Shown in pieces: positions 51,660 through 64,000 of a stretch of DNA of 64,000 nt; within the stretch, counting starts at the first letter, position 1; every line of letters starts with the position of its first letter. The notes under the pieces are model-generated. The model was not told the DNA's origin, searched no databases, and saw nothing but the letters and a program-made list of their open reading frames with translations. The position numbers were made by a program, and so were the translations under genes. This DNA is from Octopus vulgaris. Taxonomy: Eukaryota. The stretch covers positions 75,330,001 through 75,394,000 of the forward strand of contig OX597825.1 of assembly GCA_951406725.2 (NCBI GenBank). Direction: 5' to 3'.

Positions 51660-52310
51660 AAAAATATTTATTTGAAGTGAGAAATGCACAGCCTTTGCAA
51701 TCAACCTGGGCTCATAAAAGAGATGCTGGGAGCATTATTCCAGAAATGGAAAAACTTTTAAGTGCATTGATAAGGGACAAAATACAATTCATGCATATGA
51801 ATGCTAAATGGGCAATGGTTTATAACAAAGCATTGTCTCTTTCCAGTATAATTATAGGTGACACAAATGAAAGTTTTGTTGCGAGCGGAGGATGGATTAG
51901 TTAATTTAAAAATTGATGTTTAGCATTCTGTCAAAGTGCAAGGAGAAGCATCAAGTGCTGATGTCGATGCAGCAGAAAAATTTCCAGAAACATTGGCAGA
52001 AATAATTGAGAAAGCGGACTTCATGCCACAACTGATTTTTAATGTTAATGAACTAGGACTTTTCTGGAAATAGATGCCATCCAGAAGTTATATTGCTAAG
52101 GAAGAATCTGTGCTGCTTGGTTTTAAAGATGCATGTGATCAACTGACATTATTTGGAGGAAACGCATCTGGGGATTTAAGACCAATGCTAGTTTATCAAG
52201 TGGAAAATCCTAGGGCACTTAAAGACATCTTAAAAAATACCCTTCCACTCATATGGAAATGTGATAAAAAAGTTTGGGCTTCAGTAACATTATTTAAAGC
52301 ATGGGATTTA
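51660..52310 (+). mobile_element. Tigger/pogo (TIGD1-like) transposase fossil
   Basis: MEKLL...FVASGGWI...GEASSADVDAAEKFPETL...IFNVNELGLFWK.MPSRSYIAKEE...GGNASGD...PMLVY..ENPRALK. Confidence 0.88.
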
Positions 52311-52367
52311 GTCAGTGATGAAAATATTTTGACAAATTAAATTTAAATGTTGAAGTGAATCTAACGG

Positions 52368-52533
52368 ATTTAGTCAAATCGACCCCAGGACTTATTCTTT
52401 GTAAGCCTAGTACTTATTCTATCAGTCTCTTTTGCCAAACTGCTAAGTTATGAGGATGTAAACACACCAGCATCAGTTGTCAAGCGATGTTGGGGGGACA
52501 AACACAGACACACAAACATATACACGCACATAC

Positions 52534-52579
<46 letters not shown>

Positions 52580-52782
52580 GTATATATGTATATATATATA
52601 TATATATACACATATAAACGACAGGCTTATTTCAGTTTCTGTCTACCAAATCCACTCACAAGGTTTTGGTCAGCCCAAGGCTATAGTAGTAGACACATGC
52701 CCAAGGTGCCATGCAGTGGGACTGAACCCGGAACCATGTGGTTTATAAGCAAGCTACTTACCACACAGCCACTCCTACGCCT
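52368..52782 (-). mobile_element. SINE family A
   Basis: Reverse-complement copy. Confidence 0.88.
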
Positions 52783-53442
52783 AATATATTTTATTATAAA
52801 TGAACTTGATATTCTTTTTACTTTACATAAAATATTCTTTACATTCTATTGGTATTTTATTGTGATTTATTTGCGAGTATTATAAATTTTATCAGTGAAA
52901 TATTTTTCTGGGAACAAATTATATATAGCATTGCGTGATGAGTTTGAGAACAAATTAACTTGTATATCACGGCATTTAGAGAAACAATGACTGTTTGAAA
53001 AACGTTCGAAGAGTGTGGGGGAGAGAATATTCATGGATTAGTAATTGTGGGATTATGCCGGTTTCAAATTTTGGTACAAGGCCAGCAATTTTTTTGTGGG
53101 GAAACAAGTTGATTACATCGACTCCAGTGTTCAACTCACATTTATTTTATCAACCCCAAAGGATGAAAGCAAAGTCGACCTCAGCAGAATTTGAACACAG
53201 AACATAATCATAGAAAATATTGCCAGCATGCTGCCTTCTTGTGGACTGTATGTGAGGAATATTGAGATGAGGAACATCAGTGTATAGAAAAAACCTACCT
53301 CCATAAATTCCCTTTGGCCCATGAAGCATGGAAAAGTAGATGAGAAAATGAGGATAATGATGTATGCATGCATGCATGTATGTATGTATGTTTGTATGTC
53401 TATATGTATGCACTGATATACTTATAAAATGATTAATTGTAC

Positions 53443-53850
53443 TACTCTTTTACTTGTTTCAGTCATTTGACTGCGGCCATGCTGGAGCACCGCCTTTAGT
53501 CGAGCAACTCGACCCCGAGACTTATTCTTTTTGTAAGCCCAGTACTTATTCTATCGGTCTCTTTTGCCGAACCGCTAAGTGACGGGGACGTAAACACACC
53601 AGCATCGGTTGTCAAGCAATGCTAGGGGGACAAACACAGACACACAAACATATACACATACATACATATATATATATACATATATACGACAGGCTTCTTT
53701 CAGTTTCCGTCTACCAAATCCACTCACAAGGCATTGGTCGGCCCAGGGCTATAGCAGAAGACACTTGCCCAAGATGCCACGCAGTGGGACTGAACCCGGA
53801 ACCATGTGGCTGGTTAGCAAGCTACTTACCGCACAGCCACTCCTGTGCCT
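53443..53850 (-). mobile_element. SINE family A, inserted after the segmental duplication
   Basis: Full copy; empty site AATTGTACTTCTATTTTACAAAA at ~22427-22450. Confidence 0.9.
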
Positions 53851-54944
53851 TTCTATTTTACAAAATTAAATAATTTACAAAACAAAGATCCATTGAGATT
53901 TGTTAAGCAGATTTTTGTATGTAACATTTGAACTGCTAATGAATTGTTTTGATCTGAAAAGGATTTCATTTTTATCAAAGTCCATTAAATTTCCATGTTG
54001 ATATATTGTCCAGGCCACAGTTTATAAATATTTTCACAATGTTTTACCTTTCAAATCTTGATGTTATTATTGAGAATATTTCACTTTTTTTTTTTCTTTG
54101 TCTGCAAAGTAAGGATAGGAGTCCTTTCCAGGGTAGTGGAAACAATTCAGTTTATGTCTAGTTTGAACTTTTGTAGGAGATGGAATAGGGAAATAGGGGG
54201 TTCAAGGATTGGGTAAACTATTTAGTGGAATCCTAACCGTAATTTAGTAGATCAAATGAAACAAAAGGAGTGAGAAAGAAAAGCAAAGGTAAGTGCCTTG
54301 AGTGGTATACAGTTAACAAATTTAGAGAAACAGTGACTGTTTGAAAAACGTTCAAAGAGTGTGGGGAGAGAATATTCATGGATTAGTAATTGTGGGATTA
54401 TGCTGGTTTCAAATTTTGGTACAAGGCCAGCAATACTTTTTTGGGGGTGGGGGACAAGTTGATTACATCGACTCCAGTTTTCAACTCACATTTATTTTAT
54501 CAACGCCAAAGGATGAAAGCAAAGTCGACCTCAGCAGAATTTGAACACAGAACATAATCATAGAAAATATTGCCAGCTTGCTGCCTTCTTGTAGACTATA
54601 TTTTTAATTAGATATTTTTAATTAGGCGGCAAGCTGGCAGAAACGTTAGCACGCCGGGCGACATGCTTTGCAGTATTTCATCTGCCGTAACGTTCTGGGT
54701 TCAGATTCCGCCGAGGTCGGCTTTGCCTTTCATCCTTTCGGGATCAATAAATAAAGTACCAGTTTCGCACTGGGGGGTCGATGTAATTGACTTAATCCCT
54801 TTGTCTGTCCTTGCTTGTCCCCTCTATGTTTAGCCCCTTGTGGGCAATAAAGAAATATCATGCTAGCATGGAAAACGGACGCTAAATGATGATGATGATG
54901 ATGATGATATTTTTAATTAGATATGTTACTGATTTCTTCCTTAG

Positions 54945-55091
54945 GTGTCCGTCTGGAGATAAAAGGAGAAGCTCAAGTCTATTGGAGTGAAACTCGGACT
55001 ACTGGAACTGGTAAAAACTCAAGCACCACAACGGATCATTACTCAGCCAAAGAGAAGTATTTTGATTATTCTGTCGTCCTCTATGGCTCAG
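54945..55091 (+). CDS. ARRDC: alpha-arrestin exon 2
   Basis: ttAG|(G)VRLEIKGEAQVYWSETRTTGTGKNSSTTTDHYSAKEKYFDYSVVLYGS|GTaaat; 147 nt, phase 1 to 1. Confidence 0.93.
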
Positions 55092-55751
55092 GTAAATTTC
55101 CATTATGTGAAACTATGTACATGTTGAATACATTCACACAGACATGCATCCAAACACACACACATATGTACGAACGTGCGCACACACACACAAGTTTGCA
55201 CATGCAGACACACATAAACCTTTCACTTTTGCAAACCTCTCCCATTTTATTTCATCATAAATATATTGCTGTTATTTAACCACAGGTCAGTCTTCAGTAA
55301 ACAAATTTATGATCAAAAGCATTCCAGCCATGACTGTCACATCTTCTTTTTTTCAGAAATAGTACTTCTAAGACTACATCTATGTTATCAACTATGTCCT
55401 TCCTTCTTTGAGACAGTAGGGTATGATTTAAATGAGATTTGGTTGCCATTTCTTGCAAGCTGACTGACCACATAGAGGGTTTCTTAATAACTCATATAAG
55501 AATATTTTTTAGCTTTGCTGTAAAAAGGTGTTTTGGTTATAACCACTAAAATGAACATAACTGTTAATACTTGAAGGATTAAGATTTTTGTGTTGTTAAC
55601 CCTTTCGTTACCAACCCAGCTCTGGCTCTGTAGTACAAATGCTTTGTTTGCATAAGTTCTGAATTAAAATCTTCCACCAAACCTTTAGTCACAATTAATG
55701 TTCCTAACACTAGCTTAAAAATAACTAAGTTATTTGCTAAATTCTTTGTTA

Positions 55752-57729
55752 AAAAAAAAAAGTGCAATAGGTCAGCCAACCACCTCAAGCAGGTGACAAA
55801 AAAGGCAGTGGTTGAATTTAAACAATGCATTGCAGCTAATCCTGACAGCAAAGTGTTCTGGAAGTATGTGCACTCAAAGCAGAGACCCCACTCTCCAGTT
55901 GATCCCCTTCGCAATCCCCACACAGGACAGATTACTGGCAATCCTGAAGAATGTGCAGAAATCATTGCTGGATGCTATGCCGGCGTCTTTACTGTCGAAG
56001 ACCAAAATGTTCCATCTTCATCACCACTGACATCGGACTCTATATCTACTATGCAATTTACATCAGCAATGCTGCAATGCCACCTTAAGAATAAACGCAA
56101 TTATGCCTCTCCTGGTCTCGATGGTGTTACATACCTACTTCTCAAACACGGTGGGTACTTTCTTCTAAGCCAACTTTCTCTATTCTTCCAATTCTGTCTT
56201 GACAATGGTGTTACTCCAGAACAGTGGAAAACTGCCAGTGTCATCCCTCAGTTCAAAAAAGGCGACCGCACATCGCCTGTCAACTATCGCCCTGTCAGTC
56301 TTACTAGCTGCATCGCCAAACTGATGGAATCCTGTATCAGAGAAACCCTCTGGAACTTCTGGAAGTCTCACAGCCTCATCCAGCCGTTACAATTTGGATT
56401 TATTCCTAACTCCAGCTGCTGTAATCAACTCATCGAGTTTCTTGAGGACGTTACCCAAATCACTGATCACAGATCCTGGGTGGATGTTGTTTACCTGGAC
56501 TTTGCTAAGGCTTTTAACTCTGTGCCACACAAAAGACTTATGGTGAAGCTTTCTGCGTTGGGTGTAAGAGACAAACTCTATAACTGGTTGAAGTCCTTTA
56601 TTTTTGGCCGAAAAGAGGTTGTCACAGTTCTAGGACAGTACTCTTTGCCCTATGAGATGACATCTGGTGTACCACAGGGATCTGTTCGTGGCCCCCTTTT
56701 ATTTGTTGCATATGTTAATGACATAGATGCCAACTTAAAGAATGCCACAGTTCTGAAATATGCAGATGACATCAAGCTGTACCTTGAAATAAAGAGGTCA
56801 AATCCTGTACACTATAGATCCCTATTGCAAGCAGACCTGGACACCATGCAGCAGTGGATCATGGACTGGCAACTCAAGCTGGCTGTGGACAAATGTACCA
56901 CCATGCATTTTGGGAAGAGAAACCCAGCGTCCACCTACTCCCTCCACAACACTAGTCTCAAAAAGTCTTCATGTGAACGTGACCTGGGTGTTATTGTCGA
57001 CAGTGATTTGCGTTGGACAAAACACATCGCTAAAATTGTCAAGAAGGCTGAGGGTGTCTTGGCATCACTCACCAAATCCTTTGTGAGCCGCTCTCCGGCT
57101 ATCTATCTGCGGCTTTATATAGCTATGGTAAGACCTCACCTGGAATTTGCATCACCGGTCTGGAACCCCTATCTTGCCCAGGATATCAATCGTCTGGAAG
57201 CCGTTCAGCAACGTGCAACCAAAAGAATACCCTCAATCAGGCATTTGCCATATCCTGAACACCTTACTTCCCTGGGCATGGACACATTGAAACTCCGACG
57301 TTTGGCAGCTGACTTGGCAGACACCCATAAAATTATCAACCATCGTACAAACAATAACTCTGAGCACCTTTTCAAACTCCATCCATCTAAAACCCGTGGA
57401 CATATTTACAAAGTCAGAAAACAGCACAGCTCCCATGACTTTAGGAAACATTTTTTCACACTGAGAGTTGCTGAAGCATGGAACAAACTGCCGGCATCAG
57501 TTGTTAGTTGTCGGAGCACTGCATCCTTCAAAACTTCCATGCTTTCTGAGATTCGCCAACACTACACTTGATTTTCTCCCCTCCATACACACGCAAGCAT
57601 GTATCTGACTCATACATTGTTCGCTTTCCAGACATTTTTACATTACTGCATGTACTTTATATACACTTTCTGACAAGTTGTGGTGCACCTGAGCACTGTA
57701 TACAATAATTTCATTATTATTATTATTAT
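55752..57729 (+). mobile_element. 5'-truncated CR1-like LINE in intron 2, inserted into a piggyBac-type MITE
   Basis: RT ORF, 3' UTR and (ATT)n tail; MITE halves on both sides; empty site at ~24230. Confidence 0.95.
55793..57571 (+). CDS. LINE ORF2 reverse transcriptase (592 aa, uninterrupted, no endonuclease, no true start)
   Basis: NYRPVSLTS, YLDFAKAFNSVPH, GVPQGSVRGPLLF, YADDIKL, ERDLGV, VRPHLEFASPVWNP motifs of CR1/jockey-group RTs. Confidence 0.93.
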   Translation: MTKKAVVEFKQCIAANPDSKVFWKYVHSKQRPHSPVDPLRNPHTGQITGNPEECAEIIAGCYAGVFTVEDQNVPSSSPLTSDSISTMQFTSAMLQCHLKNKRNYASPGLDGVTYLLLKHGGYFLLSQLSLFFQFCLDNGVTPEQWKTASVIPQFKKGDRTSPVNYRPVSLTSCIAKLMESCIRETLWNFWKSHSLIQPLQFGFIPNSSCCNQLIEFLEDVTQITDHRSWVDVVYLDFAKAFNSVPHKRLMVKLSALGVRDKLYNWLKSFIFGRKEVVTVLGQYSLPYEMTSGVPQGSVRGPLLFVAYVNDIDANLKNATVLKYADDIKLYLEIKRSNPVHYRSLLQADLDTMQQWIMDWQLKLAVDKCTTMHFGKRNPASTYSLHNTSLKKSSCERDLGVIVDSDLRWTKHIAKIVKKAEGVLASLTKSFVSRSPAIYLRLYIAMVRPHLEFASPVWNPYLAQDINRLEAVQQRATKRIPSIRHLPYPEHLTSLGMDTLKLRRLAADLADTHKIINHRTNNNSEHLFKLHPSKTRGHIYKVRKQHSSHDFRKHFFTLRVAEAWNKLPASVVSCRSTASFKTSMLSEIRQHYT

Positions 57730-58265
57730 TTATATCTAAAATAACTGAGAGAGACACAGATTATCTCAAAATAAATACAGTAATGAAAGGGTTAAGCATA
57801 ATTCCCTGGAGAAATACCATTGGTCAAAACATAAAGCCAATTTTTATTTTTGTAGTTTTCTGTTCTGTTCAGCATAAAACTAATATTGATTTTAAATTTT
57901 AGTGTAAGTCTTGCAAGTTTGAGAGAACGGTCAAATCTGTTACATCAACCCCTATACACAACTGTTAATTATTTTATCGACCCCAAAATGATAAAAGGCA
58001 AGGTCAGCCTTGGTGGAATTTGAACTCAGGATGTAAAGACAGATTGAATACTGTTAAGCCTTTTGCCTGGTTACAAACAATTCTACCGGCTTGCCATCTT
58101 AAGCAATAAAACTAATATTAGTTTCACATTTTGGCACAAGGCTAGCAATTTGTGGGGAGGGTGTAAGACGATTGCATCAACCTCACTGCACAACTGGTAC
58201 TTATTTTATTGATCCCAAAAGGACGAGAGGTAAAGTTGAACTCAGGTCGTAAAGACAGAGAAAAT

Positions 58266-58660
58266 GAGTGGCTGTGTGGTAAGTAGCTTGCTTACCAACC
58301 ACATGGTTCTGGGTTCAGTCCCACTGCGTGGCACCTTGAAAAGTGTCTTCTACTATAGCCTCAGGCTGACCAAAGCCTTGTGAGTGGATTTGGTAGATGG
58401 AAACTGAAAGAAGCCCATCGTATATATGTATATATGTGTGCGTGTATGTTTGTGTGTCTGTGTTTGTCCCCCTAGCATTGCTTGACAACTGATGCTGGTG
58501 TGTTTATGTCCCCGTCACTTAGCGGTTCAGCAAAAGAGACGGATAGAATAAGTACTGGGCTTACAAAGAATAAGTCCCGGGGTCGAGTTGTTCGACTAAA
58601 GGCGGTGCTCCAGCATGGCCGCAGTCAACTGACTGAAACAAGTAAAAGAGTAAAGAGTAA
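58266..58660 (+). mobile_element. SINE family A
   Basis: Near full-length copy inserted in a family B remnant. Confidence 0.88.
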
Positions 58661-59511
58661 AGCATTTTGCCTGGTTACAAATGATTCTGCCAACTCACCA
58701 CCTTAAGCAATTACACGGCCATTCATACACCTGTATATACACATACATATCTATGCATTCTGTAAATAATAAACCTTAACCTTCTAGTGTTTAAACCGGC
58801 TATATCCGGCCCGAATATTCTACTCATTTTATGCTCAAACTGGCCAGAACCAGTATCTCACACCTACCCTGCAATGTCATTCTGAAAATAAACAATTACA
58901 TCTTTCAAATCTTGAAGCTACAAGATAATACCAGATTAATTTTTTTAAATGTAAATGAATAAGGATTACTTTTGACATATTAATTTGAATGCTAATGGGT
59001 TAAGCTTATAAACACTCACTTTGCTTTAGCTAGAGAAAATACTCTAATATAGGGGCATATAAGCCCTCAATGGAATAAGATGAGTATTAGTGCCATGTGG
59101 AAAACCAATATAACAGGTGTGGGTTCAATTCCCATGCTTACTATAGTACCCGTTTTGATCTGTCAAGGGGCTTATGTGCCCCTGTATTAGACTATTTTCT
59201 AAAGCTTATTTATGGTGAATGCTTAAAAGCTTAAAGCTTATAGTTATTATTTACAGAATTTTCACTTGTGATTGTTCCTTCACTTATTGCATCATCATCA
59301 TCATCATCATCATCATCGTTTAACGCCTGTTTTCCATGCTAGCATGGGTTGGACGGTTCGACCGGGGATCTGGGAAGTCAGAAGGCTGCACCAGGCTCCA
59401 GTCTGATCTGGCAGTGTTTCTACAGCTGGATGCCCTTCCTAACGCCAACCACTCCGTGAGTGTAGTAGGTGCTTTTTACGTGCCACCGGCACTTCATATC
59501 CATAGATGCAC

Positions 59512-59560
59512 TCATCATCATCATCATCATCATCAACATCATCATCACCATCATCATCAC

Positions 59561-59592
<32 letters not shown>

Positions 59593-59644
59593 CCACCACC
59601 ACCACCACCATCATCACCATCATCATCATCATCATCATCATCAT
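59512..59644. repeat. (CAT/CAC)n microsatellite
   Basis: Direct inspection. Confidence 0.97.
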
Positions 59645-59929
59645 TTAATGTCTGTTTTTCCATACGGGCATAGGTTGGACAGTTTAACAGGAGCTTCTCT
59701 AGCTGAGCAGCTGCTTGGGCTCCGTTTCTCTGCTCTGGCATGGTTTCTATGGCCGGATGCCCTTCCTAATGCCAACCGCTTTACAGGGTGTACTAGGTGC
59801 TTTTATGCAGTACCAGCACAGGTGCTGTCACATGGCACTGTTACAGTTGCACACTTTATGTAGCACCAACGCCCAACATGGTACCGATATAAATATTTTC
59901 TTCATTATGCATACATATTCTTCTTGTAG

Positions 59930-60156
59930 GTCCAGTTATGGGAGCTAATCAAGTGTTATTGAATTGCGGAGAGCATCACTATCCTTTTGAGTTTGTGCTT
60001 CCATACAATATTCCATCGTCATATGAAGGAGGAACCGGATATGTAAGATACTATGCAAAAGCTGTTATAGATAAGCCTTGGAAATTTGACCATAAGTGCA
60101 AAATTCCGTTCACTATAATTTCTGTTTTGGATCTAAACCTGACACCAAATGCATTG
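59930..60156 (+). CDS. ARRDC: alpha-arrestin exon 3
   Basis: tgtAG|(G)PVMGANQVLLNCGEHHYPFEFVLPYNIPSSYEGGTGYVRYYAKAVIDKPWKFDHKCKIPFTIISVLDLNLTPNAL|GTaagt; F.F.LP..PSS.EG..G.VRY arrestin motif; phase 1 to 0. Confidence 0.96.
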
Positions 60157-60502
60157 GTAAGTACTTATCATCATCATAATCATCATCATCCTTAACCCTT
60201 AACCCTTTTGTTACCAACTCGGCTGAAACCGGCTCTGGCTCTGTAGTACAAATGCTTTGTTTGCATAAGTTCTGAATTAAGATCTTCCATCAAACCTTTA
60301 GTCACAATTAATGTTCCTAACACTAGCTTAATGATCACTAAGTTATTTTACTAAATTCTTTGTTATATTTAAAATAATTGAGAGGAAAACATCTCAAAAT
60401 AAATACAGTAACGGAAGGGTTTATGATGAAACATATTGAATATAGTTACTTACTTGTTTTTCTTCTTTCTCTTTGATTTTTTTTGTTTATTTTTTTTTTC
60501 AG

Positions 60503-60685
60503 CAACCACTCCAACAGCAAGGGACCAAGCATTTCTGCTGCTATTGCTGCAAGTCCGGACCATTGAGTGCTCACGTGAATTTATATCGGACGGGTTACGT
60601 AAGTGGAGAGCAAATTTATATCAATGCTGAGATATGTAACATGTCAAACCGAGATATAACCCATTCAAAAGCATCCCTAGACATG
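60503..60685 (+). CDS. ARRDC: alpha-arrestin exon 4 (start of Arrestin_C)
   Basis: ttcAG|QPLQQQGTKHFCCYCCKSGPLSAHVNLYRTGYVSGEQIYINAEICNMSNRDITHSKASLDM|GTgagt; 183 nt, phase 0. Confidence 0.95.
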
Positions 60686-60742
60686 GTGAGTGAACAGTTT
60701 TATCAGCTTCACCTTATTTTATGTCTGTGTGTGTCAGTGCAT

Positions 60743-60808
<66 letters not shown>

Positions 60809-61034
60809 TGTTTGTGTCAGATTAAAGTGATCATCAAATGGCATCACATGATATTATACAATACCCCTAGATGAAGGTGTTTGTGTGGCAAAGAAGTTCA
60901 CTTTCCACCCATATGGTTCTGGGTTCATTCCTACTGCATGGATCCTTGGGTAAGTGTCATTTGCTACAGCCTTAGGCTGACCAAAGCCTTGTGAGTGTGT
61001 GTGTATATATATAAAGACTCTCAGAATGAAATAT

Positions 61035-61425
61035 AGATTGTATGATGCTTGTGTACGAATGGCCATACTCTCTGATAGTGAGACATGGGCTCTGAATGCA
61101 GAGGACATGCATAGACTGGAGAGGAATGAGGGTCATATGCTCCACTGGATGTGCAACCTCAGTGTGCATGAATGACTAAGCGCAACTGTGGTGAGAGAAA
61201 AGTTGGGCATAAGAGGAATTAAATGTGGCATGCAGGAGAGGAGAATGCTTTGGTTTGGACATGTGATGCATTTGACTGAAGGCAGCTGTATAAAGAAGTG
61301 TTGGTCACTGAAAATGGATGGTACTTGTGGAAGAGAGAGTCCCAGGAAGACGGGGGTGAGGACTGATTTCAGGATGTTGTGGCTCATGGAGAAAATGACA
61401 ATGGATCGAGATACGAGATTCTAGA
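61035..61425 (+). mobile_element. RTE LINE 3'-end fossil
   Basis: LYDACVR...SETWALNAEDMHRLERNE...REKLGIRGIKCGMQERRMLWFGHV. Confidence 0.85.
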
Positions 61426-62104
61426 GAAGATCTCAGCAAAACTGAGTTCTAGAAGATTTGTTCCCCCCTGCATGTAAGAATAAAATTTTCACACACCCTA
61501 CCCCAAGAAACTAAACTACATCTCCTCTTTTAAACCACGTTTTTTTCCTTCTTTACATTTCCTCTGGGTAACTCTGTATCTCCTCTACAGTAGCTCATCT
61601 GTTTCTGCCCTCATTCTTGATCACTCTATCTTTCTCTCATTCTTCCTTCTGGCTAGGTAACCAAGTATCTCCTTTACATCAGCACACCTGTCTCTGTCCT
61701 CTTTCTTGTTACCTCTCTCTCTCTTTCTGAGGCTGGGTAACCATGTTCCTCCTCTATAGCAAAACACCTGTTTCTGCTTCTCTGACTCTCTCTCTATCAC
61801 CCCCTAACCTTTCATCATCTGACGCAAAATCATCTCCTTTAATGCCTACTCTCCTCTCAATATTCCTTCTTTCAGTTTCCTTTTACCAAATCCACTCACA
61901 AGGTTTTGGTTGGCCCAGATCTATAATAGAAGACACTTGCACAAGGTACCTGGCAGTGGGACTGAACCTGAAACCATGTGCTTGGAAAGCAAACTTCTTA
62001 CCACACAACCAAACCTGCACATTATATATTCCAAATAATTACCATATTAATTAAGATATAAATTATCATTTTAAAATATGTTCTATCTTTCTAACCCTCT
62101 GCAG

Positions 62105-62287
62105 ATTATTTCTTTCCATGCAACGACTAAAACAACAACTGGGCATAAAAACATCACATCTGTAACGCAAGGAGGTATTCCGCCTGGGGAAAGCGATTAT
62201 TGGAATCAAGTTGCTCTTCTTATCCCACCATTGCCACCATCCAATCTGATGTACTGTAAGATTATTGACATAAAATATATATTGACG
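62105..62287 (+). CDS. ARRDC: alpha-arrestin exon 5 (gene continues beyond window)
   Basis: tgcAG|IISFHATTKTTTGHKNITSVTQGGIPPGESDYWNQVALLIPPLPPSNLMYCKIIDIKYILT|GTaagt; L.IPPLPPS...C.II.I.Y motif; 183 nt. Confidence 0.95.
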
Positions 62288-62334
62288 GTAAGTGCTTCAA
62301 TTATTTATTGGTTATATATTAATGATTTCTTTGA

Positions 62335-62553
62335 CTCTTTTACTCTTTTACTTGTTTCAGTCATTTGACTGTGGCTATGCTGGAGCACTGCCTTTAGTGG
62401 ACAAAGCATATCGACCCCAGGACTTATTCTTTGTAAGCCTAGTACTTATTCTATTGGTCTCATTTGCCGAACCGCTAAGTTACGGGGACGTAAACACACC
62501 AGCATCGGTTATCATGCAATATTGGTGGGACAAACACAGACACACAAACATAT

Positions 62554-62646
<93 letters not shown>

Positions 62647-62818
62647 CATATGTACGATGGGCTTCTTTCAGTTTCCGCCTCCCAAATCCACTCACAAGGC
62701 TTTGGTCGGCCCAAGGCTATCGTAGAAGACACTTGCCCAAAGTGCCACGCGGTGGGACTGGACCCAGAACCATGTGGTTTGTAAGCAAGCTACTTAATAC
62801 ACAGCCACTCCTATGCCT
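62335..62818 (-). mobile_element. SINE family A with expanded (TA)n
   Basis: Reverse-complement copy ~50 bp downstream of exon 5. Confidence 0.9.
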
Positions 62819-62943
62819 TTGATGTTGTCATTTTCATCAATTAGTTAAGATCAAAAGCCGTGAGAGCCACTGACTGGTACTGCATCAGGGCATTCATCAT
62901 CATCATAATCATCATCATCATCATCATCACCACCACCACCACC

Positions 62944-62974
<31 letters not shown>

Positions 62975-63574
62975 TCGTCATCATTATTATTATTATTGCT
63001 CAGCAAGATATCAAATGTCAAAATCTTAGAAAAATGTCATATCTCCAGTATCAAAGGCAAGCTGAGAAATCAGTAAAGATATGTAGGACATGTTCAAATG
63101 AAAGATGACTGGATTCTGAAAATTCTTTTGTGTGGCCAACAAGTAGAGGACATTGCAGTAAAGGAAAACCCAGCCTTAGGTATAAGGAAGCAATCACTAA
63201 GGACTCTACAGCTTAATTTGATAACTTAAGAAAGTCATTGCTTCGACTGGTTTGCATGATGTAAAATGTATCCTGATGCATCGGAACAATTTGGTTTGAA
63301 GAAACAGAACAATAAAAAAACATTATATCCTGCATTCCACAGATACATTTGCCCAATCCCAGCTGAAATCAAAACTATTAGTGTCCTCGTTATGACTTCA
63401 TGGTAAAACCCGTTCATGGACTCAAATTGCACTCACACACTCCCATTGCAAATAAATGTAGCTTCTTTTATTCTTTTCTTTTTTCTTTTTATAGTTGTTT
63501 TTCTTTTTCTCACTTCTTTACTTCTTTCTTTAAATCCTCTCCTTCAAACACTAATATGTTGAAACCAGCAAGGA

Positions 63575-63841
63575 TGATGATGATGATGATGATGATGATG
63601 GTCACGACGACAATGATGACGATCCTCCTTCACCACCAACTCCTTACCCCTTCCTCCTCCCCTTCTTCTTCCTCCTCCTCCTCCACCACCACCACCTCCT
63701 CCTCCTCCACCACCACCTCCTCCTGCTCCTCTTCCTTTCCACTTCCTCCTCTCTTCTTCTTCTTCTTCTTCTTCTTCTTCTTCCTCCTCCTCCTCCTCCT
63801 CCTCTCCTTTCCCCTTCCCCTCCTCTTCTTCCTCCTCCTCC
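63575..63841. repeat. (GAT)n and (CCT/CTT/CCA)n trinucleotide tracts
   Basis: Direct inspection. Confidence 0.95.
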
Positions 63842-64000
63842 AAGTGGTAGATTAGCAAAACCATAAGAGTGTCAAAAAAAGAAAAATGCCATTACATTCT
63901 TAGTAGCATTGCCATGTCAAAGGCTTCTGTAAATTGTCTACAGTCCCCAATTTGAAAGCCTTCCAGAAGAGGCTGCTCAGAATGTCTTCAATATCCAGAA

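Overview
Eukaryotic, AT-rich, repeat-dense genomic DNA. The SINE families and microsatellite load look like an octopus/coleoid cephalopod (inference from recalled repeat sequences). One host gene is supported: an alpha-arrestin (ARRDC-like) gene on the + strand, with five phase-consistent GT-AG coding exons (43332-62287) running off the right edge. The left half carries a decayed tandem paralog of its intron 1/exon 2/intron 2. That exon copy is far more diverged (~63%) than its flanking introns (~90%+). The rest is transposon fossils (CR1-like, RTE-like and R4/Dong-like LINEs, mariner, Merlin, Tigger, Helitrons, piggyBac-type MITEs, tRNA-derived SINEs) and microsatellites. Most notable: (1) several unrelated small elements with Penelope-type minimal hammerhead ribozyme motifs, often in foldbacks and repeatedly with a CCGAYGA (U4C) core, plus a tRNA-headed SINE with a hammerhead tail; (2) a 3.3-kb 42-bp minisatellite with higher-order structure whose seed unit lies inside a mariner transposase fossil. 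Almost all ORFs in the supplied track are repeat artefacts. Identities are hand estimates.
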